DNA of 64,000 nucleotides, taken from contig NC_068984.1 of assembly GCF_001194135.2 (NCBI RefSeq), positions 114,241,322 to 114,305,321 on the forward strand, written 5' to 3'. Positions 1 through 11,955 of the stretch are shown piece by piece. The notes beneath the pieces are model-generated. The model was not told the DNA's origin. It saw only the letters and a program-made list of their open reading frames with translations, and made no database searches. Made by a program: the position numbers and the translations under genes. The DNA comes from Octopus bimaculoides. Its lineage: Eukaryota. The first letter of the stretch is position 1. Each line of letters starts with the position of its first letter.

Positions 1-3000
1 TATATTAATGTAAATATGAAAATTATATTACAACTGAAAAGCCAAATAAATAAACAGCTTTTATTTCTTTTCCTGTAATACAGAAGGATTAACAAACAAT
101 ACTAATCCAGCATAAGACTTTTCTAATGATCTTACACAGCTAATTAAAACTGAGCATTGTGCTTCTAATAAGCAGAATAGCAAAAGGTTTTGAATGAAAG
201 AGAATTGAACAGAAATGAAAACTAACCAATAAAACTGGGAGAGTTAGTTTTGTTATATAAACCAATCCCATGAATGGAGAAAATTTAACTGGAAATTCTC
301 ATTTTATGCTTATCTGAATAAGCTGCATTAACAGTGCACAACATCTCCATGATTAAAATTAAAGGTATTTTAGTGTCATCATTATTTTTGTCTTTATAAC
401 AATGTACTGTATAAAGATATGTGTAACAAAATTGAATCATGAAAAAAAATTTACACAAGATGTTTTGACAGTTTGATGGGCTATATTGTCTGCTTTGGCA
501 TGGTTTCTATAGCTGGATACCCTTCCTAATGCCAATCACTTTACAGTGTTCTGGGTGTTTTTTTTTTTTCATGTGACATCAGCAGTGACATTTTTTTTTT
601 TTTAAATGGCACTAACACCAGCGGGGTTGCTGAGTAACTTGCGGGACAAAAGACCTTTCAGCCAAGAAAGGGAGTGGAACCGTAGGGAAGTAGCTTTGTG
701 CCAAGTGAGAGGTTAGAGTATAATAGGGGAATAGAGATAGGTGTTTACTATAGAGAAGGATACTTGGCTACCCCGGCCACAAAAGTCACACACACACACA
801 CACACACACACAAAAAAAAATCTTTTATCTTTTGTTTCAGTAATTTGACTGCAGCCATGCTGGGGCACCACCTTAAAGGGTTTTAGTTGAACAAATTAAC
901 CTCAGGACTTCTTTTTAAGCCTAGTACTTATTCTATTGTCCCTGTTGCTGCACCACTAAGTTACAGGGATGTAAATACACTAACACTGGTTGTTATGTGG
1001 TGGTAGAAGACAAACAGATATACATACATAGATATGCCTTTCTGTTATGTATTTACACATGCCCATATACATATACTAGCAAACAGATCTGTCCTTTGTA
1101 CGGTTTAAGTTGCTTTGGTGGTAATTTTTCACTAATTTTACTACCCAAAAGGTTTATGAGTAGCACAGCAATCTAAGATTTCCATTAACCTTGGAACAAA
1201 AAATGAAATTGAAGGCTAGTTGTGGAGGCTGTTGCATTTTAATGATCATAGAACATACAAGTTTGCAAGTGATGCAAAGAAGAGCTACTGAAGTGTCTTG
1301 GGAGTACAGATGACTACAAAATACAATTGTTTTACATGAAAGCAAAATTTCTTGTCAGTAACAGCCACATAAATGGTGTAAGGAAATTGAAGGAAGACAT
1401 TGAAAGTTCCCCTCTGCAAGTTTATTTTATTCAACAGCAAAGGGAGCTATTTTTTCGGAGAGATAAGCTAACAAAAGCCCCTTTATTCTATCTTCCCACA
1501 TAGCCTAAACATAAATTAACAGTGAATGCTGCATAAAGTTAAACTGGTATGGAGCTTTCTGAAAGATATGTATAGCTTTCACTGGTGGAAACAAAACTCT
1601 TATTTAAAGGTTGATTCTTTAGGACGAATCATATGTGGTTGTCTAAAAAAGGGCTAGAACAACAATGCTAAAACACATTTGAAACAATGGACATCGGTCA
1701 AAATATGATAACGGATGGGTATATAAGCATCCTTGAAGGTACACAAACAGAAAAGAAGAAAGGGAACATCATCTTTAAAGTAACTCAGAATAGGTAATGC
1801 TAAGCTTACTAAAGTTTAATGCAGTTTAAATATGTAGATTAAGTATTTGGTATTGGATATTCATCACATACAGTGTTCCTAGTCAACTGAAGCACTGTCA
1901 TAGGTGAACAGTGAAAATAGACAAAATCCTTTCACTTACAAAAAGATACAAAAAAATATGGAAGACTCTACATACAAAAAAACTATGTCCATTTACATCC
2001 AATTACACAGGAGCTCTAGGCAAAACATTACAGTGCACGACCATCCTTAGGACATAGGTAATGTGTGCATAAAGTTTGGTGAAAAATGGCTGAGAATTGT
2101 GGAAATGTATGCGTTGATCATTATATACACACATACTGCGATTTATATATACTAGATAAGGTGTGATCATAGGCACATAAATCTTTTCAATACTAACCTA
2201 CCTGAGACTGCCTTTTGGTCTAGGATACAAACTTTCTCATTTAAGTATCTAAAACCTTTTTAAAATTTCATATTAATTTATGTTCCAAACACCAACTTAA
2301 TAACGACAAAGTTGTTTTACTAAATTCATTATTTTTAAAAATTACTGAAAGGTCATGTATTTCAATAGAAATAAGATAACAAAAAGGTTAATGCTTAGAT
2401 TATTGTATACTTTTGATTTATTAATGTGATTTGTTGTTGTAAAGTAATTATTCATTTTGAATGAAACAGAAACAAGATAGAGTTTTGCCAAGCCCCAGGT
2501 TAGTATGATCAAAGATATTTCAGCAAAGACCATAATTTATTTAAAACTAAATGTTCAATCCATCACCCCATTAAAACAGTGGGGTGTTGAGGGAGACTTG
2601 GCTGCTATTCTAAACAGGTCAAACATCCCTGTAGAAATCTCCTTATTGAAATATTAGTTACATTTCTGAGTGATTTCTGTTGGATTAACCCTACAAATGA
2701 AGGGGTGAAACAAGGTGTTTTTGAACATATAAAATTCATAAGGAACCCTTAAATTATCAACAAGGCACCTCAATATGGTTGTTCAACCTGCTACAAACAA
2801 CTGGCAAATACCTACCAACCCTCCACTCATACCAACAAATAGTAAAGGTCACAGCACAGTTAAAAAAAAAAAACAAGTGGTCACAGCTGGAAAGACTGAT
2901 CATCTGTCTGCTCAATCATGCTGACACAGGATTAATCAACACCATATTATACACAAACACACACACACTCACGCCTATACACAAATATAAATACATATTT

Positions 3001-3639
3001 TACATAAACATTTATACAAATTTAGATATATAAACATATAAAGTAACTTAACCAAAAGAGAACTTAGTCACACAAGCTGTATGGCAACCTCACTAGAGTT
3101 GGTGCTACATATAAATTTTTTAAAAAAAAAGGTTTTTAATAAAATAAAAGCACCCACTACATACATTACAATAAAGTGGTTGGCATTAGGAAGGCATTAG
3201 AGCACGATGCAGTCTTGGATTCATGAGATCCTGTCACATTTAACTCCTGACAGCATGCAAGATGTGTGTGTGTATACACACACACACACACAAAATCAAC
3301 ATTTAACGTCCATTTTTCCATGCTTACCTGGCTCAGAGGAAATTTGCTGAGACAAATTTTCTTGTTAGATGCCCTTCCTGTTACCTACCAACACTCATCT
3401 GTTTCAAATTATGGCATTATTCCTTGTTTCCATACTTATTTTTACACAAAATTGGAAATGAAGGATATTACATGAAGTAAAATCTAAGGAGACAGTAATG
3501 CACACACATGTAAGATGGGCATCCTTCAATTTCTGTCCATCAAATTCGTTTACAAGGCTTTGGTTGCCTGGGGTTATATTAGACACTTGCCCAAAGTGTC
3601 ACACAGGGAAACAAACTTCTTACCACATAAATATATATA

Positions 3640-3830
3640 TAGGAGAATGTACGAAAAAAAACAACAACAGACGAGGACAGGTGGTGTAAACAACAAAAGG
3701 ATGTATTAGTTTGACGCTCGGGAATACAGAAAGTCTTTAACGTTTCGAGCTACGCTCTTCAACAGAAAGAATACGGAGAAAACAAGGAGAAAAAAAATTG
3801 AATGGTGTTTGATCAACGATATATATAAAT
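3640..3830 (-). mobile_element. Penelope-like element pLTR/3' remnant containing a hammerhead-like motif
   Basis: Minus strand CTGTTGAAGAGCGTAGCTCGAAACGTT has the CTGAnGA(A)-stem-GAAACG layout recalled from Penelope terminal repeats. Boundaries approximate. Confidence 0.45.
3734..3770 (-). ncRNA. Degenerate minimal type-I hammerhead ribozyme-like motif
   Basis: TCTTT-CTGTTGA-A-GAGC(GTA)GCTC-GAAA-C-GT-T-AAAGA: 5-bp stem I, 4-bp stem II, palindromic ACGT stem III, GUU site. The core has U at A6. Confidence 0.45.
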
Positions 3831-4857
3831 GAGTAACAAAGATGTACAGGTGTCAATTCATTACAGGCATTTCAAGCAACACCTTTAATTGATTAATGAA
3901 AACATTTACATCATTTGAAAGAAACCTAGCAAGGTGCCTCAATTTAAGGACCTAATTCAACAGAATTTTAATTACATTATACATATATATATATATATAT
4001 ATNNNNNNNNNNNNNNNNNNNNNNNNNNNNNNNNNNNNNNNNNNNNNNNNNNNNNNNNNNNNNNNNNNNNNNNNNNNNNNNNNNNNNNNNNNNNNNNNNN
4101 NNCTAATAGCAAGTAACCATTAGTAAAAAAAATAAAACAATTCAAGTAAAATACCAACATGCCAACACAGTTGATGCCAGGTAAAATTCACAATATCATT
4201 CTGAATAAGTTATACAATGACAATAATATTGTTATTGTTACTATATTATTTCACTATTCCAGTATACCATACAAATAAACTGGTTTCTAATTTAAACTGA
4301 GATTTTTGGTGAAACAAAAAACCACCAACTAAGCAGTTACCACACTAAAAACATTTTAAGCAAAGATGTAGATATCACAAAAGCATCACAAACCAGACAT
4401 GGTTTGAAAGCCTTCACAAGTCTCATTCACACCTGCCTATTGTTGAGTCAAATGCAACGCTCAAAAAAAAAATCTTGTCTTTTGTGCTGTTGAATGTGTG
4501 TCAGACAACTGATTACTTCAAGTCAAACTTTATGACCAAAAGTAGGAAACCCTCTGTGTGTGTGTAGGTTTCATAGGTACCTTATACTTAACCTCTATAT
4601 CAGATTTAAGTGTAAGATGAAAGATTCTGCAAATTCCGACATTTGTATGGATCAGAGAAAATATTACCAACGCAGTGATAAAACACTGGACAAAATAATT
4701 AGTTTTATAATTTAGTTACATCTATTTACATTTTCAATTTAGATTTCCCCCCCTCCCGGCTAATTTTGCTTTCTTTCATTTTTTAGAGCCGAGTATATTC
4801 ACATACATTAATGGTATGCCTATCTCCTTTCTCTCTCTGTCTCTCTCGCATTGTATG

Positions 4858-4894
<37 letters not shown>

Positions 4895-5038
4895 TCATCA
4901 TTATCATCATCGTTTAGCATCCGCCTTCCATGCTAGCATAGTTTAGACAGTTTAGATAGTTTAGACACCAGACAGCTAGATGCCCTTCCTAACACCAACC
5001 ACCCAGCAGAATAGACAGTGCTTTTTATGTTGCACAAG

Positions 5039-5095
<57 letters not shown>

Positions 5096-5107
5096 TACAT
5101 ACATACA

Positions 5108-5340
5108 CAGGGTGGCCAAAAGTAGGTTTACAGTTATCATGTAGGCACTTTAAATTTCTTTTAAAACATTTTATTACATTTAAATTTCTATCTTACAAAC
5201 TGAAAAGGGAGCTTGACAGAATTATCTAAATTACTATAGAATAATGGTTTCATATTTTTTTTATAATGAAGATCTAAACTTAATATATGAATGCAAAAGA
5301 GATAGTTGAATAACTGTAAACCTACTTTTGGGCCACCCTG
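5108..5340. mobile_element. Tc1/mariner-type MITE (233 bp)
   Basis: TIRs CAGGGTGGCCAAAAGTAGGTTTACAGTT and AACTGTAAACCTACTTTTGGGCCACCCTG, TA at the right flank (5341-5342), inserted in a microsatellite, no ORF. Confidence 0.85.
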
Positions 5341-5607
5341 TATGTATGTATGTATGTATGTATGTATGTATATATATATATATACTAGCATACCCGTGTC
5401 GGCAAAAATACCAATAGTTTTATTAATGATAGAAAATGGCACATCAACACATGGGGAAAACCACTGATAAATGCCAGCAATCTAGAAAATATATGTACAT
5501 ACACAGAATTGAAGCACTTGAAGAATCAGATACGATTGTAACGTCTCTGATAAAAACATCACCTACATAATATACATTAGTGTGTATATGTGGGTCGTGT
5601 GTGTGGG

Positions 5608-5677
<70 letters not shown>

Positions 5678-6429
5678 AAATATAAAATACATCAAGTATA
5701 GGACATAGTAAAAAATACTCAAACACACAAGAGATAAGTAGAGGACAAAATACCAAAAGATATACAATAAAAACAGGACATCAATGAGTGAAAAATACAT
5801 AAACAGATGAAGAGAGACAAGTAGGGGACAAAATACCAAAAGATATACAATNNNNNNNNNNNNNNNNNNNNNNNNNNNNNNNNNNNNNNNNNNNNNNNNN
5901 NNNNNNNNNNNNNNNNNNNNNNNNNNNNNNNNNNNNNNNNNNNNNNNNNNNNNNNNNNNNNNNNNNNNNNNNNNNNNNNNNNNNNNNNNNNNNNNNNNNN
6001 NNNNNNNNNNNNNNNNNNNNNNNNNNNNNNNNNNNNNNNNNNNNNNNNNNNNNNNNNNNNNNNNNNNNNNNNNNNNNNNNNNNNNNNNNNNNNNNNNNNN
6101 NNNNNNNNNNNNNNNNNNNNNNNNNGTGTGTGTGTGTGTGTGTGTGTGTGAAATTGATAAATATAATTTACAATAAAAATTTAATCTAATTTTCATTCAG
6201 AGCTCAGTACAGTTTGCCGCCTCTGACTGTCACTCACTGCCACTTCATTTGTTGTTTCACTCTTCTTTCCCCTGCGTCATTGGAGCAAAGCGTTTAAAAG
6301 CAGCTGCCTGCATTAGTATCTCTCACAGTCACCCACTCGCAGTTTATCTGTTGTTTTACTATTCTTTGCCTACAACGTGACCAACAGGTATACACTAAGC
6401 ATTTTATTATATACAAAGTTATATATATA

Positions 6430-7010
6430 TATATATATAATTAGAGGATATGTTAACGGCGTGAAGGGATGGTTGCATCCAACGAAATACTGGTTCAATA
6501 CCTGGTATCTTTGGGGAATGAAATCCCCTTAAAACAATAGGTATATACAAAGCATATAGTTTATATCTATTTAAAAGAAGAAAAGAAAATGGATAAGCGA
6601 GTTAATAGTTGTTTATTATTAACAAATTGGTCATCTTAGCTTCTTACAGCTGTGTCAATTAATACTCAATTTAATTCCAAATTTGCACATTCATCATCAT
6701 CACCATCATCATCGTTTAACGTCCGCTTTCCATGCTAGCATGGGTTGGACGATTTGACTGAGGACTGGCGAACCAGATGGCTACACCAGGCTCCAATCTG
6801 ATTTGGCAGAGTTTCTACAGCTAGATGCCCGTCTTAACGCCAACCACTCCAATGTGACAGGAGTATAATTTCATCAGAGGAAAAAATATGTACCTTTGGA
6901 TGTTATATGTGGGCTTATCAATCCATTTCAAAAGGTACATTAAATTGAATATTAACCGAAACAGCTGTAAGAAGCAAAGATGACCAATTTGTTAATAATA
7001 AACAATTATC
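6430..7010 (-). mobile_element. Penelope-like remnant with inverted terminal repeat, interrupted by a SINE
   Basis: 45-bp inverted arms 6609-6653 and 6961-7005 (1 mismatch), carrying GAAAC-AGCT-GTA hammerhead 3' halves. The CTGATGA core is on minus at 6877-6871. The left boundary is approximate. Confidence 0.5.
6692..6850 (-). mobile_element. Young SINE (family A: GGAAGGGCATCC central domain + RTE-type tail), 5'-truncated
   Basis: (CAT)n tail and CGTTTAACGTCCGCTTTCCATGCTAGCATGGGTTGGAC, near-identical to the reverse complement of the copies at 19133-19452 and 56437-56659. Confidence 0.85.
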
Positions 7011-7032
7011 TTGATTTTCTATTCTTATTTTA

Positions 7033-7044
<12 letters not shown>

Positions 7045-7088
<44 letters not shown>

Positions 7089-8620
7089 CCGTTCCGTCTG
7101 TCTGTGTGCTTATAACTCAAGTATTGTTCATCCAGTTGCGCTGAAATTTTAAACATGGATACATCAGAGAGCTGGGCGTTCCGTAATCTAAAAAGATTTT
7201 CAAAATGAGAATTGCTATTTTAGTAATCTTTAATGTCCTGTTTGTTCCGCCATGAAAACAACCAGTTGCTCAGACGGCATATACCATTTCGCTAGCAACA
7301 AGGGGAGTACAGGATGACAGTCAGCCAAAACCGTCGCTGTGCTCTTTCCTTTCTCTGTGGGGTTAATAATCTTAATCTTTACTTACAGTTTCCCATTCAA
7401 TCTACATAATAGGCAGAATTGTCGGATTAAGACAGTAGGGTGTTTTGGGGGAGATCTGGCTGCTATTTCTACCGGGTCTAGCTACCATGTACAGATTTGC
7501 CTCATTGATATTATATATTCCTTATGCTTTCCAAAACTGAGTTACAGATTTTGACGTATGGGGTATCAAAAGATTCAGTACGATTTTGGCTACAAATCAA
7601 ACTTAATTTTCATTTCAAAAGTTTAACAATTTTTTCCATAAATCAACTATCGTAAAAATTTTATACTATTACATCACATTTTCTGTGTGTGTGTGTGTGT
7701 ACCTTAAAAGACATCAATCATCACGACACACACCTTCACTCACTCACTATCTCTCTCACATACACATGTGCAAGCACGCACACAGACACCCGTCCATTTC
7801 ATATAGACGGACATACATCTTTTCGCTTTATCTTTCAATTTCTGCTCTCTTGAAATAAAATTTTTACGGATACAACTGCTTACAAAAATAGAGATTAATG
7901 CATAATTTCTATGTTCATAATTTTTTGTTTACAATATTGGGAAAAATATGCCACCAAAGAAAAGGCGTAATCTCTCCAGAAACAAGTATAAAGCAAGGAG
8001 GGTTGTAGAAAACTGAAGGCAAGAGTCTGAAGAGAGAAGCTAGATGAGATTTTCTCAACATCAGCAAATGCATGTTGCAGCACTTAATGGTGGATCATGA
8101 AATCAATGTTTTAATGATTAGGCAGAGGTCCAATAGAATAGCTCTCAGAAACAGACTACATACAAATTCGTTCTTCACAACTCCTGAAGCTGTTTTCAAA
8201 TATGATCCATCCCATTCTTATAAAAATAATAACTCTGACCAAATTGGTGTGCTAAACACATATTGTCTTTTCAAATGAAACAAATGGTATGTGCTGCTCA
8301 GGCAGTCAGGTAACATTGCCAGCACTACCAGTTCCTTCTCAACCTCTTATAGATCTTCTAGAAGGCATTTCCATCCAGTCAAAGGATTTTCTGAACAATA
8401 TCAGACAATACAACTCTGCGAATGACATTGTTTGGTGCATCTAAGAAGACAGATAAACATGTATTTATGACAACATCAAAGTTCAAGGGCAAGTCTATCA
8501 CCTCATTGGTTCCCTGTTACCCACAAATCAACAACCACAGTTCCTCCAAATTTACTTTGAGTGATGTAGGACAACAAACCCGAAGGCGGTGTCAACATTT
8601 CAGATGATGAGTCACGTTAG
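7045..8620 (+). mobile_element. Helitron 5' fragment with decayed Rep/helicase N-terminal coding region
   Basis: A (TA)nAAAATCCGTTCCGTCTGTCTG 5' end. From ATG 7948 (MPPKKRRNLSRNK), frameshifted peptides ETNGMCCSGSQVTLPALPVPSQPLIDLL, SKDFLNNIRQYNSA, MTLFGA and KVQGQVYHLIGSLLP...QFLQIYF follow, all recalled Helitron N-terminal motifs. Confidence 0.8.
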
Positions 8621-8908
8621 ACACAGCGCCGACTGCTCCAAAAGAGAAAATATTCACTGACAGCTTCTCGGTGCATTCAAAAATCACATAACCCCAACAG
8701 CTTAGGGCCTGAAATACTCCAAACAGATGCATAGCATGTTGCTTAGTCGAATTAGCCCATTTGTGGAGTAAATATTCCACAAATGTTTTGTTGTCAATGC
8801 TGCACTTTCCCATATCACCTGTTTCAAACATAACTGTCATATATTATATACAAACTATGCCATTTTAATCCTAAGCAACACCTGATGTGTCTAATATATA
8901 TATATATA

Positions 8909-9550
8909 NNNNNNNNNNNNNNNNNNNNNNNNNNNNNNNNNNNNNNNNNNNNNNNNNNNNNNNNNNNNNNNNNNNNNNNNNNNNNNNNNNNNNNNNNNNN
9001 NNNNNNNNNNNNNNNNNNNNNNNNNNNNNNNNNNNNNNNNNNNNNNNNNNNNNNNNNNNNNNNNNNNNNNNNNNNNNNNNNNNNNNNNNNNNNNNNNNNN
9101 NNNNNNNNNNNNNNNNNNNNNNNNNNNNNNNNNNNNNNNNNNNNNNNNNNNNNNNNNNNNNNNNNNNNNNNNNNNNNNNNNNNNNNNNNNNNNNNNNNNN
9201 NNNNNNNNNNNNNNNNNNNNNNNNNNNNNNNNNNNNNNNNNNNNNNNNNNNNNNNNNNNNNNNNNNNNNNNNNNNNNNNNNNNNNNNNNNNNNNNNNNNN
9301 NNNNNNNNNNNNNNNNNNNNNNNNNNNNNNNNNNNNNNNNNNNNNNNNNNNNNNNNNNNNNNNNNNNNNNNNNNNNNNNNNNNNNNNNNNNNNNNNNNNN
9401 NNNNNNNNNNNNNNNNNNNNNNNNNNNNNNNNNNNNNNNNNNNNNNNNNNNNNNNNNNNNNNNNNNNNNNNNNNNNNNNNNNNNNNNNNNNNNNNNNNNN
9501 NNNNNNNNNNNNNNNNNNNNNNNNNNNNNNNNNNNNNNNNNNNNNNNNNN
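8909..9550. other. Assembly gap (largest of five: 4003-4102, 5852-6125, 8909-9550, 52483-52492, 56188-56436)
   Basis: N runs, most flanked by (TA)n or (TG)n microsatellites. Confidence 1.
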
Positions 9551-10919
9551 GAGGCATATCCAAATATATATATATATATATATAAAACGTGTGTGTTAGG
9601 GTTGTTAAGTTTAAAATATCACATTTACTAATGAAAGGATTCAATATAGGTGTTAGTATTAGATAAATCTGTTTGTATGGATTGACTAGGACTTCAAATT
9701 TCACCTTTTGAGGCATATCCAAATATATATATATATATATATAATATACACAAACTCACATTTATACATTGTGTGTGTGTGTGTGTGTGCAGATTGAAAG
9801 ACTTTATATGACAAGCAAAAGGCATGTTTTCTCTATATGTAATATATGCTTGTGTGTAGGGGACACATATATATATAATCTCAAGCTGAAAATCTGTACT
9901 CTTTTTTACCTTACATATATTTAACGCAATGCCAGTAGTTATTGTGTTGATATATAGAGAAAGATAGAGAGAGAAAATGAGGGAAAGGGGAAGCAGGCGA
10001 TGGAGTTCACCAAAACAGAAGAGGCGTCCAACTAAATTTACGTTGCAGTAATTTAGTTGAATTTATTTATTACATTTTGACAGATTTCACCTTGAGATAA
10101 GGGGGTTCATGAGTAATTAAATTTTATATTTATGTTTCTCTGATCAAATATTACATGAAACAATCCATTCACATTCAATTATATGTATCCACACCAAATA
10201 TTAACTTCATACTTGTTAAGAACAAAGTAACTACTGAAGGAGCTCATAAGGTAACGCTGAGCTTTTCTAGCGACATCTACCACCTGGTTTTCCCTGGTCA
10301 GTTGTAGCTATTTCACATTGCATCCCACACTCAGTGCTCACCAGAAAGGCATGAATGTTTCACAATCTCATTTTTGTTCTGTGCAAGTAATGAAGGCAGA
10401 ATCATTAGAGGGTCAGTATTAAATTACGTTTTATGTTCTCAGTTCAAATCTGTTTGAAATCAACGTTACATTTCAGCTATCTCCCGGGAATAGATAACAT
10501 GAAGAACCAATCAAGTACTGAAAGCAATTTAATCACCTATACAATCTCACCTCAAATTTGTGGCCTTGTGCCTGGGTTAAAAGCATTATTTAAAGTCAGA
10601 AAAGTATTAGAGAGTTAGATAAAATGTCTTGTGGTGTTATCAACATTTGTGTTTTGAGAGCAGATCCTGCAGAGAGGTTAGTTTGCTTTTTAGCCTTCTG
10701 GGCTCAATAAAATAAAATACCAGTAAAGTACTTATGTCAGTAAAACAAAATGTCAGTTAACTACTAAGGTTTGATATTATCGATTACACTTAACAGGAAC
10801 CACCACCTGAAATGTGCCAAACTTTAGAAATCCTTATATGTCTGCTTTTCATATTCCACTTTGCCATTCATTCATTCTTCCAGGGTTGATAAAATAAAAT
10901 TCCAACCAAATATTAGTCA

Positions 10920-11270
10920 TTCAGTCCCACTGTATGGCACCTTGGTCAAGTGTCTTCTACTATAGCCTCAGGCCAACCAAAGCCTTGTGAGTGGATTTGA
11001 TAGACGGAAACTGAAAGAAGCCTGTTGTATATAATATACATGTATATATTTGTGTGAGTGTGTCTTTGTGTCTGTATGTCTCCCCACCACCACTTGACGA
11101 CCAATGCTGGTGTGTTTATGTCCCCATAACTTAGCAGTTCAGCAAAAGAGACTGATAGAATAAGTACTAAGCTTACAAAGAATAAATTCTGTGGTCAATT
11201 TCTCTGACTAAAACCCTTTAAGGCAGTGCTCCAGCATAGCCAGAGTCAAAAGACAAACAAGTAAAAAGAA
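10920..11270 (+). mobile_element. CORE-type SINE with family-F tail
   Basis: GGCACCTTGGTCAAGTGTCTTCTACTATAG (CORE/MIR-like), then (TG)n, then the tail CCCCATAACTTAGCAGTTCAGCAAAAGAG. Related copies at 28040-28385 and 48660-49260 (minus) and a tail-only copy at ~810-1010. Confidence 0.75.
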
Positions 11271-11283
11271 TATATATATAGTT

Positions 11284-11650
11284 CATCGTTTTAATGTTCA
11301 CTTTTCCATGCTTGTATTGGTTGAAATTTACTAAGGAAGATACTTTTACAGCTGGATACTCTTACTTTTGCCAACCCATATTTGTTTTTATGGAACGTAA
11401 TATTTCCCCATGCCCATGTTTTTGTAGAATATTGGAAATGAATGACATTTGTTCACAACAATCACATGATGTCAAGACAAGGAGATACAAACATAGACTC
11501 ATATATATACGACAGATTTCTTTCAGTTTCCATCTACCAAATCCACTCAACAAGGCTGAGATTATAGAAGACATTTGCCCAAAGTGCTACGCAGTGGAAC
11601 TGGATCCAAAACTGTGGTTGGAAAGCGAACTTCTAAACCACAGAGTGAAG
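11284..11650 (-). mobile_element. Composite tRNA/CORE SINE with RTE-type tail (family D)
   Basis: Same modular order (head, CORE, CA/TA spacer, GAAGGGCATC-like domain, CATGCAAGCATGG tail) as the minus copies at ~17150-17385, 18370-18900, 19490-19860, 20190-20475, 25015-25395, 40100-40510 and 51880-52215, and the plus copies at 25808-26158, 46580-46895 and 47668-48030. Confidence 0.8.
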
Positions 11651-11654
11651 GAAC

Positions 11655-11955
11655 GTGACAGTGGTTAGGGTAACCAAATCACAGTTGTAATGTCAGGAGT
11701 CCGATTCCCGACAATGCATTGTACCCTCAAGCAACACATTTTTATTTCAAGTTGCTCCAGTCCACTCACCTGTCAAAAATGAGTTGTAATTCAAAGGGCC
11801 AGCCTTGTCATATTCTGTGTCACAATTAATCTCCCCAAGAACTACATTATGGGTATGCATGTCTGTGGAGTGCTCAGCTACATGCACGTTAATTTCACAA
11901 GCAGACAATTCTGTTGACCAAATCAACTGGAACCCTCATTGTCATAACCAATGAA
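11655..11955 (+). mobile_element. Older copy of tRNA-derived SINE family C
   Basis: Shares GTCTGTGGAGTGCTCAGC..CACGTTAATTTCAC...ATCAACTGGAACCCT with 50647-51009; its CpGs have decayed. Confidence 0.7.

Noticed and set aside
8871-9722. Long ORFs spanning 5444-6196, 8871-9722 and 56087-56593
   Set aside because: They are open only because of N-gaps and microsatellites.
9551-9745. Direct repeat GAGGCATATCCAAA(TA)n about 160 bp apart
   Set aside because: It abuts a gap and a microsatellite, so a TSD cannot be distinguished from a collapsed tandem repeat.
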